Below, piece after piece: positions 1 through 10,528 of a stretch of 64,000 bases of DNA. The notes beneath the pieces are model-generated. The model saw nothing but the letters and a program-made list of their open reading frames with translations, did not search any database and was not told where the DNA came from. The DNA is taken from contig CADBPS010000041.1 of the NCBI GenBank assembly GCA_902796575.1, positions 5,926 through 69,925 of the forward strand. Direction: 5' to 3'. Position 1 is the stretch's first letter. Every line of letters starts with the position of its first letter. The stretch is from an uncultured Methanobrevibacter sp. GTDB taxonomy: Archaea > Methanobacteriota > Methanobacteria > Methanobacteriales > Methanobacteriaceae. The position numbers and the translations under genes are program-made.

Positions 1-1
1 A

Positions 2-1090
2 GTATCAGATGAAGAAATAAAAAAAGCATACGATACAATTGATGAGTCATTGGTAGTTGCATTAAGGCAGGCCGGCGAAAATATCAGGAAATTTCATGAA
101 AGACAGGTTCCTGAAGAATGGAAAATTGAAGTAATGCCCGGGATAACGGCAGGTCAAATTGTAAGACCTTTAAACTCTGTTGGATGTTATATTCCTGGAG
201 GAAGGGCAGCTTATCCTTCATCAATACTGATGACAGTTATTCCGGCCAAAATTGCAGGAGTCAAAAGAGTTGTCTGTGTAACCCCTCCCCAAAAAGAAGG
301 AGAAATCCTTGATGCAATACTTGTTGCAGCAGACATTGCAGGGGCAGATGAAATATATAAGGTTGGAGGAGCACAGGCTATTGGCGCATTGGCATACGGA
401 ACCCAGTCCATTCCAAAAGTTGACAAGATAGTTGGGCCGGGAAATATTTTTGTAACAGCCGCTAAAAAACTGGTTTATGGTGAAGTAGATATTGAATTTC
501 CTGCAGGCCCCTCAGAAGTGCTTATCTTAGCTGACAGTACATCAAATCCTGAATTTTTAGCTACAGATATTTTAGCTCAGGCCGAGCATGACCCTAATGC
601 TTCATGCTTTTTAGTGACAAATGATGAGAAATTAGCTTTTAAAACTAATGAATATGTAAAAGAGTTTAGCAAAAATGCTGCCAGGCATGAAATAATCGAA
701 GAGTCTTTATCCAAAAATGGAAAAATCATTATCACTGAAACTATCGATGAAGCTATAGACATTACAAATGAATATGCACCGGAACATTTAATTATTTCCA
801 CTGAAAATGACAGTGAAATATTAAATGAGATTAATAATGCAGGCTCGATATTTTTAGGATTGTATTCACCGGTTGCAGCCGGAGATTACGGATCCGGAAC
901 AAATCATGTCCTGCCAACAGGCGGGGGAGCTAAAATGTATTCTGGTCTTTCAACTGAAGCATTTATCAAAAAACCGACTGTTCAAAAAATCACACAGGAT
1001 GGTTTAAGGGAACTGTCAAAAACATCTGTTCCAATAGCCGAATATGAAGGATTTTTTGCCCATGCAAATTCATTTAAAATAAGAAAATAA
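2..1090 (+). CDS. hisD: Histidinol dehydrogenase (5' end outside window)
   Basis: Motifs [42 protein letters not shown]; frame is open back to the window edge. Confidence 0.96.
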   Translation, partial: VSDEEIKKAYDTIDESLVVALRQAGENIRKFHERQVPEEWKIEVMPGITAGQIVRPLNSVGCYIPGGRAAYPSSILMTVIPAKIAGVKRVVCVTPPQKEGEILDAILVAADIAGADEIYKVGGAQAIGALAYGTQSIPKVDKIVGPGNIFVTAAKKLVYGEVDIEFPAGPSEVLILADSTSNPEFLATDILAQAEHDPNASCFLVTNDEKLAFKTNEYVKEFSKNAARHEIIEESLSKNGKIIITETIDEAIDITNEYAPEHLIISTENDSEILNEINNAGSIFLGLYSPVAAGDYGSGTNHVLPTGGGAKMYSGLSTEAFIKKPTVQKITQDGLRELSKTSVPIAEYEGFFAHANSFKIRK

Positions 1091-1122
1091 CCTGTTTAAA
1101 CATTAATTTTAAAAAAAACTTA

Positions 1123-1149
1123 AAAAGTGATTTTATTAAAAAATCACTT
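1123..1149. terminator. Inverted repeat between convergent hisD and zinc-ribbon gene
   Basis: AAGTGATTTT...AAAATCACTT arms between two convergent stop codons. Confidence 0.5.
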
Positions 1150-1155
1150 CTATTT

Positions 1156-1899
1156 TTAAATATTGATTGATTCCGGTAAGTTATGGGAACTTCCATAATT
1201 AATTAATATATGAACACAAATATCCAGCATTTTTGAAGGAGACACATCAGGTACTCCACCAGTGTAAATACCGACATAATTAGGAACTGCACCATTACTT
1301 TCAATCCATGATGAGAACCTGCTGGACATGTCCACATAATTTGCACGGGCAATAGACTGTGAACTATCCTTACCGCTAGGGTGAGAAGCATAAGCCGGAT
1401 CTCCAACAGATATTGAACCGTCAACATTACCATTATTGATTTCAACAATGGATTTGGACAGTATATATAAACACTGAGCCTTAGATAAGGACAAGGATTG
1501 GAATTGTACCGGGAAATTACCATTAGAATCTTTAATAGCTTGAGCCAGAGCAGGTGCTTCGCTTACAGGAAAACTGTTAAGTGAAACCGGTTTTGAACTG
1601 GAAGCACTGTTAGACATGGCATCACCTGATTGAACAGCACTATCCGGAGTTTGTGATTCACCATTAAATAAATTAAGACCAAAAGCTACAAATACAACAG
1701 TTAAAATAACAATCACTGCAATTAAAACTCCAATGATAATTTTCTTGTTTTTATCATCATCAGAAGTATTGCTAACAACAGGACTGTTATTTGATGAAGA
1801 ATTACGTTTGATTTCAGATCCGCAATGCTTACAAAATTTCGAACCTTCCTTTATATCTTTACCACATTTAGGACAAAACATCAGCATACCTCTAATCAA
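1156..1899 (-). CDS. Zinc-ribbon membrane protein with C-terminal pseudomurein-binding-repeat-like region
   Basis: MFCPKCG..FCKHCG zinc ribbon, one TM helix, then 'NYVDMSSRFSSWIESNGAVPNYV' resembling pseudomurein-binding repeats. Confidence 0.7.
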   Translation of the reverse strand: MIRGMLMFCPKCGKDIKEGSKFCKHCGSEIKRNSSSNNSPVVSNTSDDDKNKKIIIGVLIAVIVILTVVFVAFGLNLFNGESQTPDSAVQSGDAMSNSASSSKPVSLNSFPVSEAPALAQAIKDSNGNFPVQFQSLSLSKAQCLYILSKSIVEINNGNVDGSISVGDPAYASHPSGKDSSQSIARANYVDMSSRFSSWIESNGAVPNYVGIYTGGVPDVSPSKMLDICVHILINYGSSHNLPESINI

Positions 1900-2938
1900 T
1901 TAGATTACCTGTATAGGCATCGATTTTTATATCCTCAACACCGTCGGATGACGGATCTTCAACTGTAACCAAATAATAGCTGCCTTTATCCTTAATGTCT
2001 TTTACAACATATCCTGCACTTGAAAGGAGATCCTTAATTTCTAATTGGGATAATTTATCCTGCTGATTATCATCAGACGGACTGTTTCCACCAGATGCCG
2101 GAGCAGCACTTGAACCGCTTGAAGAAGGAGTAGCTGAAGATGAACTGTCAGCAACTGAAGCAGAATCACCGCCTGCAGCAGAAAGTTGTGAACTGTCATC
2201 ACCACCAATATTTTCAACAAGATTGCTTACTTGGGAATTATCCATTAAAGAAGAACTTTCCTGATTACCCGCTTCGTTGGAACCCTGATTGAAAACATCA
2301 CCAAGTTGGTCGTTGGAATCAGCATAAGGGTCCTGACCGTTATCAATCTCGGAATTAATATCCTCCACATAAACATTCATTTCTGCCTCATAAACAGCCA
2401 TATTAATATCAACATTATTTGTCTGGTTTATTATTGGTATTATCAGATTAAAGTCATTATCCATAGATAAATGTGGTGGTGCAATACCAGGAAGAGGAGC
2501 TGACGGTTTAGTACTTTTTTGATGATTGGAAAATACAACACTGTTTGACATCTTACTTACTAAATCCTGATCTTTTGCTCCGATGGAAATCCCTTCAGCA
2601 CCGTTTGTAAGTAAAACATTGGTATCATCACCCTGTGTGAAAGCCACAGATTGTGGCGGTTGATTATCCAATGAAATAACTGAAGCACCATTAATACCAT
2701 TTAAATAATTAACAATAGATCCGTTGTCTTTAAATGTATGAATAGAAATACCATACTTGCTATCAACAAAACCGTTACCTGTATTTATGAACTCAGAATC
2801 TGATGGTACACTAATCTTAATGCCATCAAAATCCGCCTGTTTCATAGTACCGTTATTTAACACAGAAGCTCCAACAACTCCCGCAGTAATTATTCCGATG
2901 ATAACTATGAAAAAAATAACTTGCTTATTTAAATCCAT
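1892..2938 (-). CDS. Membrane-anchored surface protein with Ser/Asp-rich linker and C-terminal PepSY-like domain
   Basis: N-terminal hydrophobic anchor; C-terminal 'YLVTV...IKIDAYTGNLI' PepSY-like signature. Confidence 0.6.
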   Translation of the reverse strand: MDLNKQVIFFIVIIGIITAGVVGASVLNNGTMKQADFDGIKISVPSDSEFINTGNGFVDSKYGISIHTFKDNGSIVNYLNGINGASVISLDNQPPQSVAFTQGDDTNVLLTNGAEGISIGAKDQDLVSKMSNSVVFSNHQKSTKPSAPLPGIAPPHLSMDNDFNLIIPIINQTNNVDINMAVYEAEMNVYVEDINSEIDNGQDPYADSNDQLGDVFNQGSNEAGNQESSSLMDNSQVSNLVENIGGDDSSQLSAAGGDSASVADSSSSATPSSSGSSAAPASGGNSPSDDNQQDKLSQLEIKDLLSSAGYVVKDIKDKGSYYLVTVEDPSSDGVEDIKIDAYTGNLID

Positions 2939-3120
2939 GATAAAATCACCTAAAAATCATAAGTTTATATACTTATGGATTTATTTTTAATATTATATAA
3001 AATTATAACATCAATATTACAACAATGAAATAACAACTTATTATGATTAAATTTAAATTTAATAACTGATATAGTACTATTGAACAGGGTTTTCCTAGTG
3101 ATAGAAAATAGGTGCTTAAG

Positions 3121-3966
3121 ATGGTTAAATGTCCAGATTGTGGTAAGGAAAGTGATAGTAAATTTTGTCCGAACTGTGGTAAAAACCTGGAAAAAACTAA
3201 TGTTTGTCCAAATTGCAAAAGTGAACTTGAGGAAAATGCAAAGTTTTGCCAGGAATGTGGAGAAAAAATTAACGGCAAAAGCAAAGAGAAAAAAAATACT
3301 AAACCCAAAAAAGAAAAAAAATCCGAAAAGACCTGTTCACACTGCGGTGAAGAACTTGAAAAAGATGAAATCTTCTGTTCGAACTGTGGGAAAAAAATTG
3401 AAGATAAAAGCAAAGAGAAAAAAAATACTAAACCCAAAAAAGAAAAAAAATCCGAAAAGACCTGTCCTCACTGTGGAGAAGAACTTGAAAAAGATGAAAT
3501 CTTCTGTTCAAGTTGTGGGAAAAAAATAGAAGTTGATGAAAACTCATTTGGAGGAATGTTAGGCACTATTGACTATAAAAAATTGATTATATCATCAATA
3601 ATTGGATTTTTAATATCATTCATACTTTCAATACTGTTATCAGCTATTGCAGGCCTGATAGGATTTGAAGCTTACACCTATCCCCTGGCTATTATACTTG
3701 CAACAGCTATAGGAGTATGGATCGCAGCATCTTCATTCAAGGATTTGCTGAATGCAGGTCTCGTTGGAATTGTAGTAGGATTTTTCACAGGATTATTATC
3801 AAACACATCGATTGAAATATCATCCGGATTCAAATACAGTTATGAATTGTTTTCAGGATACGAAATCATTATATTTACAGTAATCGGCTTTGTTATTGCA
3901 GTTGCAACCTATAAATTCCTGGGAAAATATGTTTTAAAATACATCGATATCGGGAAATTGATTTAA
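3121..3966 (+). CDS. Multi-zinc-ribbon (DZR) protein with C-terminal multi-TM domain
   Basis: Eight CxxC pairs followed by about 4 hydrophobic helices. Confidence 0.75.
   Translation: MVKCPDCGKESDSKFCPNCGKNLEKTNVCPNCKSELEENAKFCQECGEKINGKSKEKKNTKPKKEKKSEKTCSHCGEELEKDEIFCSNCGKKIEDKSKEKKNTKPKKEKKSEKTCPHCGEELEKDEIFCSSCGKKIEVDENSFGGMLGTIDYKKLIISSIIGFLISFILSILLSAIAGLIGFEAYTYPLAIILATAIGVWIAASSFKDLLNAGLVGIVVGFFTGLLSNTSIEISSGFKYSYELFSGYEIIIFTVIGFVIAVATYKFLGKYVLKYIDIGKLI
3277..3531 (+). repeat. 129-bp (43-aa) intragenic tandem duplication
   Basis: KSKEKKNTKPKKEKKSEKTCxHCGEELEKDEIFCSxCGKKIE occurs twice, 129 bp apart, near-identical at DNA level. Confidence 0.9.
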
Positions 3967-4577
3967 ACAAACAAATTTAATTTCAAATTCACTCATTTTT
4001 TATATTTTTTGTACTTCGTCTGAATAGCATAATATTCTTATTTCCTCAATATCTTTGTTGTGATGTTCATGAAAAAAAACGTTTGAATGGTGTGATGTGG
4101 ATTCTGGTTTAAATTTGTAATTTTTACAATATTTGTTCGCATACTTTTTTCTTCTCTTTTCATTTTTCTCCCAGTATTTGACTACATTGAGTATTTTTTT
4201 GTTTTTTGTCATTTCAATGCATCAATTTATTAATATGCTTAAATTGGTAATTTTTTATTCATTTGGACCTGATTTCCACTGTTTTAATATTTTTTATTTA
4301 TTGATAGATTTATTTTTATTATTTTATTTCTTTCTTGAAAAAAGTATTTTTTTAAAATAGAATATGATTATTGTGTTTTCTGATGATTATTTTTTCATCA
4401 GAATAATAGAATCATATTAGCTCAAGTCCAATATTTTCGAATCAGTTTTTATTCTTTTGAATATATAAACTTTATTTTGATGGTTAATATACAAAAAACC
4501 ATATAAGATATTTTATGGAAAGATAAGGCATTTAAATTTTTATTGTCCAGTACCATTTCAAATGATAAAAAATCAAA

Positions 4578-4994
4578 TTATTTACTGAACGGTTCCAAAT
4601 AATCTTTTAAAAACTTTCTACATTCTTCAATAAAGCGTTCTGCCAAATTAATTTTATCAACTGCTTGTTCCTTAGTAAAGTCACCCACAAAAGCATAACT
4701 TGCATTTTCACGAATAGTTTGAGTTGCTGAAAACTCTGAAGCCAGACCAGCATCAAAACCTTCATTTCTAACATATTCTTGACCTAATAATGAAATTAGA
4801 CCTTTATGAGTCTTAGGAGTGAAACCTTTAATTAATAATAATGCACGCGACATAGAAAACATACTATAATATGCCAGACTAATGCTATTACGATAATTGC
4901 CGCTTTTACATAATGTTTTACTCGAATCCAAATCATCTAAAGCAATATTTACAAATGATTGAAATTCTTCTTTTGAGATTTCATCCGATTTCAA
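4578..4994 (-). CDS. HEPN domain protein (MNT-HEPN module)
   Basis: 'A..DL.S.K.L...G.Y..SI..AYYSM', 'PKTHKGL' and 'RENASY' (R-X4-Y) are typical of archaeal HEPN proteins; TTG start overlaps the upstream MNT stop. Confidence 0.85.
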   Translation of the reverse strand: MKSDEISKEEFQSFVNIALDDLDSSKTLCKSGNYRNSISLAYYSMFSMSRALLLIKGFTPKTHKGLISLLGQEYVRNEGFDAGLASEFSATQTIRENASYAFVGDFTKEQAVDKINLAERFIEECRKFLKDYLEPFSK

Positions 4995-5166
4995 TTCCTT
5001 CCCTCCGAATATTTCTCATAAAAGTGAAATCATTAATCCTATTGATTTTAGAAGTACTCATAATATGGGGGAAATGATTTCCTGATTGTGCAACACAACC
5101 TGAAAAGATTCATAATTAACTTTTTCTTGAATATCTTCTTGATAATCAGACACTATAAGAATGTTA
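4981..5166 (-). pseudogene. Truncated, frameshifted minimal nucleotidyltransferase (MNT) remnant
   Basis: Hand translation: NILIVSDYQEDIQEKVNYESFQVVLHNQEIISP, frameshift at a C5 run, then HIMSTSKINRINDFTFMRNIRREGIEIG*. This resembles an MNT C-terminal half; the N-terminal GS/DxD part is missing. Confidence 0.7.
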
Positions 5167-5624
5167 AATCAAATTAAATAAAAAAAATTATAAAATTGTA
5201 TTAATAATATGGGTTTGTTAAATTTCAATATTTTAAATTTTACTAAGGATATTAGGTAATTTTTTTTTGAATTTTTGAGTAATTTTAAGAAGTATGTCAA
5301 AAGAAATGCCCATACTCACAAATGCAAATGGAATTTAGAAACTGCAATTAAATATCAAATTTGTGTCAATAAGTATCATAGTCATCGGCATAATAAGAAC
5401 AGCAAGTAAAAAAAAACTAATAGCAATGAGAAATATCCACATACACAAACGAAGAACGAAATAAGAAAGAATTTAAAACACAAAGTGTCTGTTAAATCAA
5501 GCCATGTATTTTAAAATAAAAATGAAAAAAAGCTTAACTTGATAGCAATGAATATCTTTATTATACATTAACATCAAAGGTCATCATATAAGAAAAAATT
5601 TTTTCAAACCTGAGGTGAATTTAA

Positions 5625-6944
5625 TTGAAAGGTTTATTAAACGACTGGAGAAGAACTCATTATACAAAAGAAATTACACCAGAAATAGCTGGTGAAGAAA
5701 TTATAATTATGGGTTGGGTTCATTCCATTAACGATTTAGGTGGAATTATTTTTACCCATATTAGAGATGTAACAGGCAGAATACAAATAACAGCCCCATC
5801 AAAAAAATTGGATGCTGAAATTTTAGATGAAATCAGAGCCTTCAGAAAGGAATCCGTTGTCGCCATTAAAGGTACTGTACAGGAAGCTGGAAAAGCACCT
5901 AATGGTGTTGAAATAATTCCGAAAGAAATAAAATTATTAAATTTAGCTAATCAACCTTTACCAATGGATCCAACAGAAAAAGTAAGGGCAGAAATTGATA
6001 CCAGACTGGATTCAAGATTTTTAGATTTAAGAAAAGAAAATATTTCAGCCATATTTAAAATTAAAGGTCAGATGTTCCATACAATAAGAGATTTCTTTTA
6101 TGAAAAAGGATTTTATGAAATTAATACTCCAAAACTTGTGGCTTCAGCTACTGAAGGTGGAACTGAGTTATTCCCAATTACCTATTTTGAAAAGGAAGCA
6201 TTTCTTGGCCAGTCCCCTCAATTATATAAGCAGATGATGATGGGCAGTGGAATGGACAAGGTATTTGAAATCGGACAGATTTTCAGAGCTGAAGAGCATG
6301 ATACCCTCAGACACTTGAATGAAGCTATTTCAATTGATGCAGAAGCTTCATTTATGGATGATGAGGATGTTATGAAAATATTGAATGAAATGCTTATTAA
6401 TGTCATCAGTGATGTTAATGATAACTGCTCCAATGAATTGGAAATTTTAAATCATGAATTACCTGAAGCTGACGGAAAATTCCCTAATGTCACATATGAT
6501 GAAGCAGTTGATATTGTCAACTCGAAAGGTGTTGAGATGGATTGGGGTGAAGATTTATCCCGTGCGGCAGAAAAAGCATTAGGCGACACGATGGGAGGAT
6601 TTTACTTCTTAACCAAATGGCCTTCAGCAATAAAACCGTTTTATGTAATGCCGTTTGAAGATGATGATAAATATTCCCATGCATTTGATTTAATGTACAA
6701 CAATCTAGAACTCTCATCCGGTGCTACAAGGGTTCACCAGTATGATTTACTGTTAAAGCAGATTGAAGAAAGAGACCTGAATCCTGACGGATTTGGCAGT
6801 TACTTGAAAGCATTTGAATATGGTATGCCTCCGCATGCAGGATGGGGTGTTGGTGCTGACAGATTAACTATGGTACTTACCGGTGCTGAAAACATCCGTG
6901 AATGTGTACTCTTCCCAAGAGACAGGCACAGATTAACACCATAA
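5625..6944 (+). CDS. aspS: Archaeal-type aspartyl-tRNA synthetase (probably non-discriminating)
   Basis: OB-fold N-terminus, [30 protein letters not shown]. Confidence 0.95.
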   Translation: MKGLLNDWRRTHYTKEITPEIAGEEIIIMGWVHSINDLGGIIFTHIRDVTGRIQITAPSKKLDAEILDEIRAFRKESVVAIKGTVQEAGKAPNGVEIIPKEIKLLNLANQPLPMDPTEKVRAEIDTRLDSRFLDLRKENISAIFKIKGQMFHTIRDFFYEKGFYEINTPKLVASATEGGTELFPITYFEKEAFLGQSPQLYKQMMMGSGMDKVFEIGQIFRAEEHDTLRHLNEAISIDAEASFMDDEDVMKILNEMLINVISDVNDNCSNELEILNHELPEADGKFPNVTYDEAVDIVNSKGVEMDWGEDLSRAAEKALGDTMGGFYFLTKWPSAIKPFYVMPFEDDDKYSHAFDLMYNNLELSSGATRVHQYDLLLKQIEERDLNPDGFGSYLKAFEYGMPPHAGWGVGADRLTMVLTGAENIRECVLFPRDRHRLTP

Positions 6945-6947
6945 TGA

Positions 6948-8147
6948 TTGAAAATGGAATATGATATAGCTGTAATCGGTGGTGGTCCCGCTGGAATAAC
7001 TGCATCAATTGCATGTTCAACGGATTTGGATGTAGTATTGCTGGAAAAAAACCCTTCACTGGCAAAAAAATTGTTGCTGACCGGTGGAGGAAGATGCAAT
7101 ATTACAAACAACAAACCACCTAAAAAGCTATTATCCCATTACGATTCAAAAAATTTTTTAAAAACATCATTCTATACCTTCACCAACGATGACTTACATT
7201 CATTATTTGAATTTGATTTTATAGAAGAGAATAACAACCGTATCTTTCCAGAAAGTGAAAAATCAGTCGATGTTCTAAAGGGATTAGAGAAGCATTTAAA
7301 GGATGTTGATATTTTACTTAACTATGAAGTCAAAGAAATAAAAGATAATTTTATAATAAACAATGAAATAAAAGCTGATAAAATAATAATGGCTACCGGC
7401 GGAGTTACATATCCCCAGACAGGATGCGACAAATCAAATTATTTTCTGGTAAAACACCCGCTGACCGACATTAAATATGGACTTTCACCACTAATTACAA
7501 AAGAGGATTTAAGCAGTATCGCCGGAATCACATTGCATAATGTTGCAGTAAGCTATAAAAAAAATAAAATAGATGGAGATGTTTTAATAAGTCATTCTGG
7601 TCTTACAGGACCAGGAATAATTGATTTAAGCAGCATTATATCAAAGGACTTAAAGTATAATATTTTGGATGGCACAGAAAATTTCAGCTTTAAAATCGCA
7701 ATTGATTTAACACCTGACTATTCATATGAGGAACTTAAAAGTAAGTTCAGTGAAGATTTCCAGAAGAAAGGCACTACACTTGTTAAAAATTATTTAAAAA
7801 AGTTTTTAGCGAAGGGATTTATTGAATATTTTTTAAATAAAAGCAGCATAGACCCGAATATTCAATTAAATAAAATTAATAAGAAAAGCAGAAACCGTTT
7901 AATTGAGTCGTTGAAAAGATTAACATTTGAAATCACAGCTTTCAATGAAAAATTAGCTAAAGTCACAGTTGGCGGAATCGATATTAAAAATGTGAATCCC
8001 AAAACAATGGAATCAAAAATAATACCAAATTTATATTTTGCAGGTGAAATTCTTGATTTGGACGGACCTACCGGAGGATATAATTTGAAAATTGCATTTT
8101 CAACAGGTTATTTGGCTGGTCTGTCTGCAAGTAACAAAATATTTTAA
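6948..8147 (+). CDS. HI0933/BaiN-family flavoprotein
   Basis: GGGPAG, TGGGRCNITN, VTVGG, YFAGEILDLDGPTGGYNL. Confidence 0.9.
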   Translation: MKMEYDIAVIGGGPAGITASIACSTDLDVVLLEKNPSLAKKLLLTGGGRCNITNNKPPKKLLSHYDSKNFLKTSFYTFTNDDLHSLFEFDFIEENNNRIFPESEKSVDVLKGLEKHLKDVDILLNYEVKEIKDNFIINNEIKADKIIMATGGVTYPQTGCDKSNYFLVKHPLTDIKYGLSPLITKEDLSSIAGITLHNVAVSYKKNKIDGDVLISHSGLTGPGIIDLSSIISKDLKYNILDGTENFSFKIAIDLTPDYSYEELKSKFSEDFQKKGTTLVKNYLKKFLAKGFIEYFLNKSSIDPNIQLNKINKKSRNRLIESLKRLTFEITAFNEKLAKVTVGGIDIKNVNPKTMESKIIPNLYFAGEILDLDGPTGGYNLKIAFSTGYLAGLSASNKIF

Positions 8148-8172
8148 CTGTTTTTTAACATATACATATACT

Positions 8173-8802
8173 ATGACAGACCAAATGTTTATGGGCGCAT
8201 CAACAAAACAGGGTTACGATATAGCTACTAAAAGTAGACAAATCATACGTAATCTTATTGGTGACGAAATTAAAGATTTAAAACCTGCAGAAAAAGACAT
8301 TGTTGAGCGTATTGTTCATTCTACAGCAGATCCAGAATATGCTAAACTTGTTCATATCAGTGCTGATTTTGTTGATGCTGCAATGAAATCCCTGAGAAAT
8401 AATGAAGATATACTCACCGACATTAACATGGTCAAATATGGCATAACCCGTTATGACGGAGAGGTAAAATGCTTTATTAAGGATGAAGAAGTTAAAAAAA
8501 TAGCCAAAGAGCATCAAATTACCAGAGCCGCAGCAGCTATTAGATATGCCGGCGAGAATGATTTTGAAGGAATTGTTGTCAGTGGAAATGCTCCAACTGC
8601 TGTTTTTGAAGCAATGGATTTATATAGTAAAGATGAAATAAATTTAAAAGCTATTGTTGGTGTTCCTGTGGGCTTTGTCGGAGCTGCAGATTCAAAAGAA
8701 GCTTTAAGAAAGTCCAATATACCTAATGTTATTACTGAAGGTCCTAAAGGTGGAACTCCAGTCGCAGTTGCTTGCGTAAACTCATTAATCCAACATTTGT
8801 AA
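8173..8802 (+). CDS. cbiC: Cobalt-precorrin-8 methylmutase (CbiC/CobH)
   Basis: [37 protein letters not shown]; likely start at ATG 8173. Confidence 0.92.
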   Translation: MTDQMFMGASTKQGYDIATKSRQIIRNLIGDEIKDLKPAEKDIVERIVHSTADPEYAKLVHISADFVDAAMKSLRNNEDILTDINMVKYGITRYDGEVKCFIKDEEVKKIAKEHQITRAAAAIRYAGENDFEGIVVSGNAPTAVFEAMDLYSKDEINLKAIVGVPVGFVGAADSKEALRKSNIPNVITEGPKGGTPVAVACVNSLIQHL

Positions 8803-8813
8803 TAGTGATAATT

Positions 8814-10085
8814 ATGACTGAAGAATTATTTAATGAATCAAAAAAATACTTCCCCGGCGGGGTTAATTCACCAGTACGTGCATTTAAACCTTATCCTTTC
8901 TTTGTTAAAAGTGCTGGAGGATGTAAAATAACTGATAGCGAGGAAAATTCATATATTGATTATTGCCTTGCTTATGGTCCTCTGATTTTAGGACACGCCA
9001 ACCCGAAGGTTGTTCGTGAGGTTTCCAATCAGTTAACAATCGGTTCGGCATATGGAACCCCAACAGAAAATGAAATTAAACTTGCAAAGGAAGTTGTTGA
9101 TAGAATTCCATGTGCAGAGATGGTTAGATTTTGTAATAGTGGAACTGAAGCTACAATGAGTGCTATTAGATTAGCCCGTGGTTTTACAGGTCGTGACAAA
9201 ATTATAAAATTCGAAGGTGCCTATCACGGTGCCCATGATTATGTTTTAGTTAAAAGCGGTTCAGGTGCATCATGTCTTCCTGATTCGGCAGGTATTCCTA
9301 CAGATACAACTAAAAATACATTATCGGTTCCTTTCAACGATGAGGAATCATTAAGTGAACTCATCGAAAAAGAAGGAGAAAACATTGCCTGTTTAATAAT
9401 GGAAGTTGTTATGGGTAATGTAGGTTGTATTGAACCCAAACCTGGATTTTTAGAATTTGTACGTAAAATAACTGAAGAAAATGAGATTGTATTAATCTTT
9501 GATGAAGTTATAACAGGTTTTAGAGCTTCAAGAGGCGGTGCTCAACAGTACTATAATGTTACACCTGATTTAACAACATTAGGTAAAATTGTTGGTGGAG
9601 GCCTTCCAATGGGTGCTTTCTGTGGTAAAAGAGAAATTATGGAACTGATTGCGCCACAAGGACCAGTTTATCAGGCAGGAACATTTAGCGGTAACCCGAT
9701 TTCTGTTCAAGCAGGATTATCCACACTATCACAGTTAAATGATGATTTATACAAAGATTTAGAGAGAAAAGGAAATTTCTTAAGAAGCAACATTGAATCA
9801 ATAATAGATGATGAGCAGTATAACATTCAGTGTGTTGGACTTGGGTCTATGTTTCAGATATACCTGAATCCCGGTGAAGTATACAATTACAGTGATGCCA
9901 AATCATCAGATACCGAAGGCTTTTTAAGATATTTCAGAGCTCTTTTGAAAGAAGGAGTATTCATCCCGCCTAGTCAATTTGAATGTAATTTTATTTCAAG
10001 TGCCCATAGCATGAGCGATCTGCAGGATACAGCTGAAGCAATAGAGGTTGCATTGGCTATGGCCTTTAAAAAAAATAAATATTAG
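8814..10085 (+). CDS. hemL: Glutamate-1-semialdehyde 2,1-aminomutase
   Basis: [50 protein letters not shown]. Confidence 0.97.
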   Translation: MTEELFNESKKYFPGGVNSPVRAFKPYPFFVKSAGGCKITDSEENSYIDYCLAYGPLILGHANPKVVREVSNQLTIGSAYGTPTENEIKLAKEVVDRIPCAEMVRFCNSGTEATMSAIRLARGFTGRDKIIKFEGAYHGAHDYVLVKSGSGASCLPDSAGIPTDTTKNTLSVPFNDEESLSELIEKEGENIACLIMEVVMGNVGCIEPKPGFLEFVRKITEENEIVLIFDEVITGFRASRGGAQQYYNVTPDLTTLGKIVGGGLPMGAFCGKREIMELIAPQGPVYQAGTFSGNPISVQAGLSTLSQLNDDLYKDLERKGNFLRSNIESIIDDEQYNIQCVGLGSMFQIYLNPGEVYNYSDAKSSDTEGFLRYFRALLKEGVFIPPSQFECNFISSAHSMSDLQDTAEAIEVALAMAFKKNKY

Positions 10086-10095
10086 GGTGTTAAAA

Positions 10096-10518
10096 ATGAC
10101 AGATTTTAAAGAAATTGCATCATACATTATAATCCTTGCAATTGTCCTTATAGCTGCTCAGCATTTAAATGTTGTAGTTTCAGGAAGTATGGAACCTGCA
10201 TTCTATAGGGGAGATATTGTACTTGTTGAAAAATCAGACTTTTTAGGGATTCATGAATTCAATCCCGAAGATGTAAAGGTCGGCGACATTGTTGTATATG
10301 ATGCTAAATGGTTTGACCAGCCGGTTATTCACAGAGTTGTTAATATAACAGAAAAAGATGGGAAAACGCTGTATGTGATAAAAGGAGATAATAATAATCG
10401 GGTAGACCCCTACTATGTAGAACCGAGCCAGATACAGGAAAGAGTTGTTTCATGGGGAGATATGCCAATTGTCATTAAATATGTAGGTTATATCTCATTA
10501 TGGTTAAGAGGATTGTGA
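10096..10518 (+). CDS. Signal peptidase I (archaeal Sec11 type)
   Basis: VVSGSMEP..RGD, VIHRV, KGDNN. Confidence 0.92.
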   Translation: MTDFKEIASYIIILAIVLIAAQHLNVVVSGSMEPAFYRGDIVLVEKSDFLGIHEFNPEDVKVGDIVVYDAKWFDQPVIHRVVNITEKDGKTLYVIKGDNNNRVDPYYVEPSQIQERVVSWGDMPIVIKYVGYISLWLRGL

Positions 10519-10528
10519 AGGTGAGTTA

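Noticed and set aside
3003-3529. Alternative-frame and antisense ORFs 3003-3437 and 3080-3529
   Set aside because: Shadows of the A-rich repeat in the zinc-ribbon gene
4000-4360. ORFs 4000-4212 (-) and 4133-4360 (+)
   Set aside because: Low-complexity AT-rich sequence with no recognisable motif; may be decayed DNA
5290-5410. Short frame KYVKRNAHTHKCKWNLETAIKYQIC, faintly like an IS transposase N-terminus
   Set aside because: Too short, with no terminal repeats or DDE motif visible; needs tblastn
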